From the NCBI GenBank assembly GCA_001179505.1, contig CDMY01000619.1, forward strand, positions 1 to 41,396: a stretch of DNA of 41,396 nt, in the 5' to 3' direction. A model generated the notes under the pieces. It had not been told where the DNA came from, made no database searches, and saw only the letters and a list, made by a program, of their open reading frames with translations. The translations under genes and the position numbers were made by a program. Below, piece after piece: positions 37,166 to 41,396 of this stretch (within the stretch, counting starts at the first letter, position 1; each line of letters starts with the position of its first letter). The DNA is from Vitrella brassicaformis CCMP3155. Lineage: Eukaryota > Protista > Chromerida.

Positions 37166-37901
37166 TCACTTGGCAGTGCCCGCCGTGGCCTGCTGGCGTG
37201 CCTCGTAGCCGCGCCAGTACACCTACACACACACACAGTGTTCATTCAACCTGTGTGTGTGTATGGCGCTGTTGTTCACCTGTCCGTAGCTGGCGTAGAG
37301 CTCCTCTCCTGGCTCGATGGCGCGAAGAGCTATCACCTCGGCCCTCCTGCACACACACACACACATAGAGAGGCCAGCTGTGCATGACTGGTGAGCGGTC
37401 TCACTTGAGCGTCTTGAGTTTGTTGAATCTGACGTTTATCTTGCTCTTGTCGAAGTTGTCATTGATGTAGCGAGCCAACACCTGCAGAGCCACGCAGCCA
37501 ACCAGCCCCTTGGACCACGGCGACCATGAGTTGTGTGCCACACACACTCCTTCTGTCAGACCTCTGGGTGTGGTCCCGCGTCGATGTGGGCGTTGAGTCC
37601 GAAGCCGCCCATCACATAAGTCCGGTCCCTCTGCTGCAGCAGCTGCCTGCACCACACGTAAGGCACACACATTCATCACCCTCCCCATGTGAGAGGATGG
37701 ATTTTTCTTGCCCAATTATTCCCCCTCTCACCTGAGAGTGAGGACAGTGCCGCTGTACTCGCAGAGCACCTCTCCCCGTCTGAATGCCTTGCAAGCGAAC
37801 AGCCCCATTCCAGCGCCGCCGATGAGAGACCGACGCACCTCCAAACCACAGTCGACACTTCGAGGATATTCATCGCCACAGCCGGCCGCATCAGATGCCA
37901 T
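37166..37901 (-). CDS. Minimal SET-domain protein (copy B, intact)
   Basis: GLEVRRSLIGGAGMGLFACKAFRRGEVLCEYSG, VLARYINDNFDKSKINVRFN, RAEVIALRAIEPGEELYASYGQVYW. Same four introns as copy A; an alternative ATG lies at 37910. Confidence 0.92.
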
Positions 37902-38102
37902 GCAATTCATGCCATCACGTCACCACTGCCCGTGGCCAAGCAGTGCAGAGGAGGGCCGCGTTTGGACACACGAAAGCTGCACAAAGATGAACAGCAGAGA
38001 TGAAAGGTGTACCATTTCAGTGCCTTTGCGGTGCTGCTCACTACCGAATGTGCCTGGGTGCCTTCTCTGAGCTGAAGCATCTAAGCTCGCAGATCTTCCA
38101 GC

Positions 38103-39345
38103 ATGAGGGCGCTGCTCCGCAAGGCGAAAGAGAAGCAGACGGACAGGTCATTACCACGAGAATCACCAGCCACATCTGCCGAAGCACCATCTGCTCATGA
38201 CGAGGAGCACCATGTCGAGCCCATCTGCATCAACGAGGAGGCCACGCAGTCGGCCGAGGGCGGTGACGCAGGTGTGTTCACCGCGCCGATCAGCAGCATC
38301 CGCGTCGTCAACGACTGGATTGACAGAAACACTGAATCGGTGAGCAGTCTGGCAAGAAATCAGCGTGTGTGTGATCTCATTGATCCATGCGTTTCCTTTG
38401 CACTGCCAGGTGCTCGTCAGGAATGTGGCGAGGGGAGAGGGCAGGGCTGTCAAGCTCACCGGCAGAAGCACACAAGCTTACGGAGGTACGCAGAGAGAAG
38501 CACACATACTGACCTGACGCACTTGTCGACCTTTGTGTGTGTGCGCCCACAGGCACGGTGACCAGTGATGGTCTTGCGGATCAGGAGGCCCTCCCCCAGT
38601 GGCTGCAGGCCCTCAGCGACCGACTGGTGGCCCAGGGCGTGTATCCCCCCTCACACACACCCAACCACGTGCTCATCAATGACTACATCAGCCCAGAGAG
38701 CGGCATCTTCCCCCACAAAGACGGCGCAGCCTACTGGCCGCGCGTGAGCATCCTGTCGCTGTCGTCGTCTGCCGTGATGGACTTCCACCGCCCGCGCAGC
38801 GGCATGAGCACATCTGGTGAATGTGGTGATCGTCCATCGACAGAGACCGTCGTGTGCCGCGTGTTCCTGCCGTAAGGAAGTGAGCTGCTGTCCCGCACGG
38901 CACATCCCCGCGTACGTGAGATGGCCTTTCTGTCTGTTTGCCGGTCGGTTTGTGTCGGGCAGGCCCAGGAGCCTCTTGATATTCGACGGCGCGGCATACA
39001 CTGACTACCTGCACGTACGCGCGCCTGTTTGTGTGCACGCGGGAGGGAGGGGGGGGGGGATCACTCTCGTGCATGGCTGGTGCTTGGCCATCTGTCCATC
39101 CGTTCATTAGGGTATATGCGCCGTGGCTGCCGACGTCATCGATGAGAGCGTCCTCAACACCGACCCGCACACTCACGGTCAGCTCAGCTGGGAAACGGCG
39201 GGGAAGTGATGTGCCTGCTTGGGTGTCCATTCTTTGATCCTTTCCTTCAGGTACGAGTGTTGCTCGGAGTGAGAGTGGGCGGATCTCTCTCACCATCAGA
39301 CACGTGCCGCCTGCCACCGCCAAGGCACACCAACTCGACGGATGA
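38103..39345 (+). CDS. ALKBH6: AlkB-family 2OG-Fe(II) dioxygenase, ALKBH6-like
   Basis: LPQWLQALSDRL, PNHVLINDY, GIFPHKDG (HxD), VSILSLSS, PRSLLIF..AYTDYLH|GI (distal His) and RISLTIRHV (RxxxxxR-type C-terminal strand). Confidence 0.85.
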
Positions 39346-41078
39346 ATCGGGATGGACCGGTTCAGGTGCACGGGAGGGACTGCATCAAGAATCCTCGTCG
39401 CTCTGCCGCTTGAGTGGAAGCAGAGAAGCGGCAGAAGAGATTCTCATTGGCCCGGTGGCGATGATTTGGCTGGCGTGATGTGATGTGCATGATAGGGTCT
39501 TCTTGTGTCGCGCCGGCCGGGAGACACGTGTTGCAGGCAGGTCTTCACGCATGCACGCATTTGGTGGGTGTCCACGTTTGTATGTAGAAGCTAGCTAGCG
39601 GAGAGTCCGTCTGTCTGTCTGTCTGCCTACCTCGACCGAGCACCGAGGCACGACCGACCGAGCAAGGAATGCAATCGCGATCGTACGTAATGTTATGTGA
39701 CGTACTGTACGCACGCATCCGCAGAAAGTGTATGTATACGTATACGTATGCATGAATGGGTGTGTGTGTACGAACGTATCCATTCATGCAGCATATCATG
39801 CAAGTGAGAGGGTAGGTGAGTGGGCGAGCGAGTGAGTGGAGTGAGTGTCATAGGCAAACTTCGTATGCATGACAACATACCCAACGCGTCCAAAGCGTCC
39901 AAATCGTCCAAATCGAAGGAATGGGTGAGAGAGTGGTGGTGCGATCGATCACGAATGGGGCGGGTGGGCTGGGCGGGCATACGGACGGACAGAGGGAGGG
40001 ACGGACAAAGAGATATAAATAACCATTCATTCACTCATTCATTTCAGCCGGACAAGTCAGTCAGTCAGTCAGACAGTCAGGCAGAATGCGTACATTACCC
40101 ACCCCCCTCCCCTCCCCTCCCCCCCACCCGATAATAAGATACTTATGCACTTGCACGTGGCACGTGTGCGTGTGCGTGTGGTCCTGGGTGCGTGTATGTC
40201 AGTCGGTGTCTGCCTGCAGGTAGGTGAGGTGAGGTGAGCGGCGCACACAAACAAAAGCACGCACAGGTACTGCACTGCACGCGTCCACACGCACCCCGCG
40301 CACATAGATGGACGCACGGCAGGTGTGCACACTATATATATTCGCTTACAAAACGGACACAGAGACAATGCCATTATTCATGTCTATCTGTGTGTGTGAG
40401 TGTGCGTGTCATGGCACGGCACGCCATGTCAGCATGATAATCACCACCCTCTCATCATCCATTAGTCCATCCATCCATCTGTTCTCTCGCTGGTGCGTGC
40501 CGTGCAGGCAGCTGTGTGTGGCTAGCTAGTCCCTGGCTCAGAGAGAGAGAGAGAGAGAGTGGCGTGAAAGGAACCGAACGATCGTACGCATCCATCCATC
40601 CATCCATTCATCCATTCACACAGGCACGGAGAGAGGTGAGTGGTCAAGTCAGTGGGCACATCATATCAACACAGAGACGACAGGAGATGAGAGCAGAGGT
40701 CAGACCAGACAAGGCAAAACAAGGCAAGACAAGGAAAGGCATGGCAAGGAAAACCAGCAGAGAGGAGAGGGTCTACGGCCGGCTGCCCCCGTCAATCCAT
40801 CCATCGGTGTCCATCCATCTGTCTGTCTATCTATCCGTATCTCCACCGCCCGCCAACAGCTGCTATCAGTTGGCGGCACTCCTCACAGGTCCTGCACACA
40901 CACACACCACACACACGGATACATGCCGGCGCTCCTCTCCACTCCTTCGCTGTCCGTACCGGATTGACCCAGGGTGAGTCGGACGGGAACCGGAACTCCT
41001 ACACACACACACACACACACACATGGGTGATGCGTAAACGAGCCTCTGTGTCTTATCTGTGTCTGTGTGTGGGTAGGC

Positions 41079-41396
41079 TTACATCGACCTTGACGACTTC
41101 TCCCTGGCGCCAGGTGCCCTGGAGGGTGTGGCCCGTGGCTAGCTTCAGGATGCCGCTGTGGAGTGGGATGGCGGGCAGCACATCACATCACATCACAAAG
41201 CGATAGGGTAGGGAGTGGGTGGGTGCATTCACTCACCGTCCCTCCTTGCGGCCGTTAGCCCACTCGCCCTCATAGACGGTGCTGTCATCCTGCACACCAA
41301 GACACACACATCGGTGGTCGACCGATGCGACATCAGTAAGTAGAGCTGTCAGACGAGCATCCATCCGTACCGCGCATGAGAAGTATCCCTGTCCGT
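41079..41396 (-). CDS. MORN-repeat protein, 3' end only
   Basis: Spliced exons GQGYFSCA|DDSTVYEGEWANGRKEGR|GILKLATGHTLQGTWRQGEVVKVDV* contain the YEGEWxNGxxxGxG MORN motif. Confidence 0.82.

Larger units (their letters stand above)
33465..38090 (-). repeat. Segmental duplication copy B (inverted copy of 8685-13472)
   Basis: Reverse-complement match to copy A, with a non-homologous patch at ~33900-34140 (vs ~12725-13020). Confidence 0.95.
1..41396. repeat. Dense intronic and intergenic microsatellites: (AC/GT)n, (AG/CT)n, (CAGA/TCTG)n, (GGAT/ATCC)n, (CATCA)n, (CAGCC)n
   Basis: Directly visible, e.g. 5434-5470, 13111-13160, 14345-14382, 23940-24010 and 40590-40620. Confidence 0.95.

Noticed and set aside
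8670-38100. Classical transposon with terminal inverted repeats and a target-site duplication
   Set aside because: The outer flanks (…ccagagctga vs agatcttcca…) are not direct repeats, the ends are ragged, and no transposase or integrase was seen.
39880-39915. cgtccaaa[gt] tandem repeat and other short arrays as CRISPR
   Set aside because: There are no unique spacers or cas genes; these are simple tandem repeats in a eukaryotic genome.

Overview
Intron-rich eukaryotic DNA with microsatellite-packed introns. It encodes a chlorophyll a/c-type light-harvesting protein with a bipartite plastid-targeting leader, ApiAP2-like proteins and a MORN protein, which together suggest a photosynthetic relative of apicomplexans (chromerid, probably Vitrella; inference). 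About 16 spliced genes or fragments were hand-assembled from GT-AG sites and protein motifs: nitrilase, SDR, SAM methyltransferase, NRF/acyltransferase-3, LHC, two AP2-like regulators, U-box, a type-I membrane protein, ALKBH6-like and a partial MORN gene. The main structure is a ~4.7 kb inverted segmental duplication (8685-13472 vs 33465-38090) carrying a minimal SET gene, a multi-pass membrane/ankyrin gene and a decaying secreted-protein gene, with apparently reciprocal damage in the two copies. Also notable are a repeated extended AP2-like module shared by two paralogs and introns with complementary (AC)n...(GT)n ends. No rRNA, tRNA, CRISPR or transposase was recognised. Exon boundaries are manual predictions, and no database searches were run.
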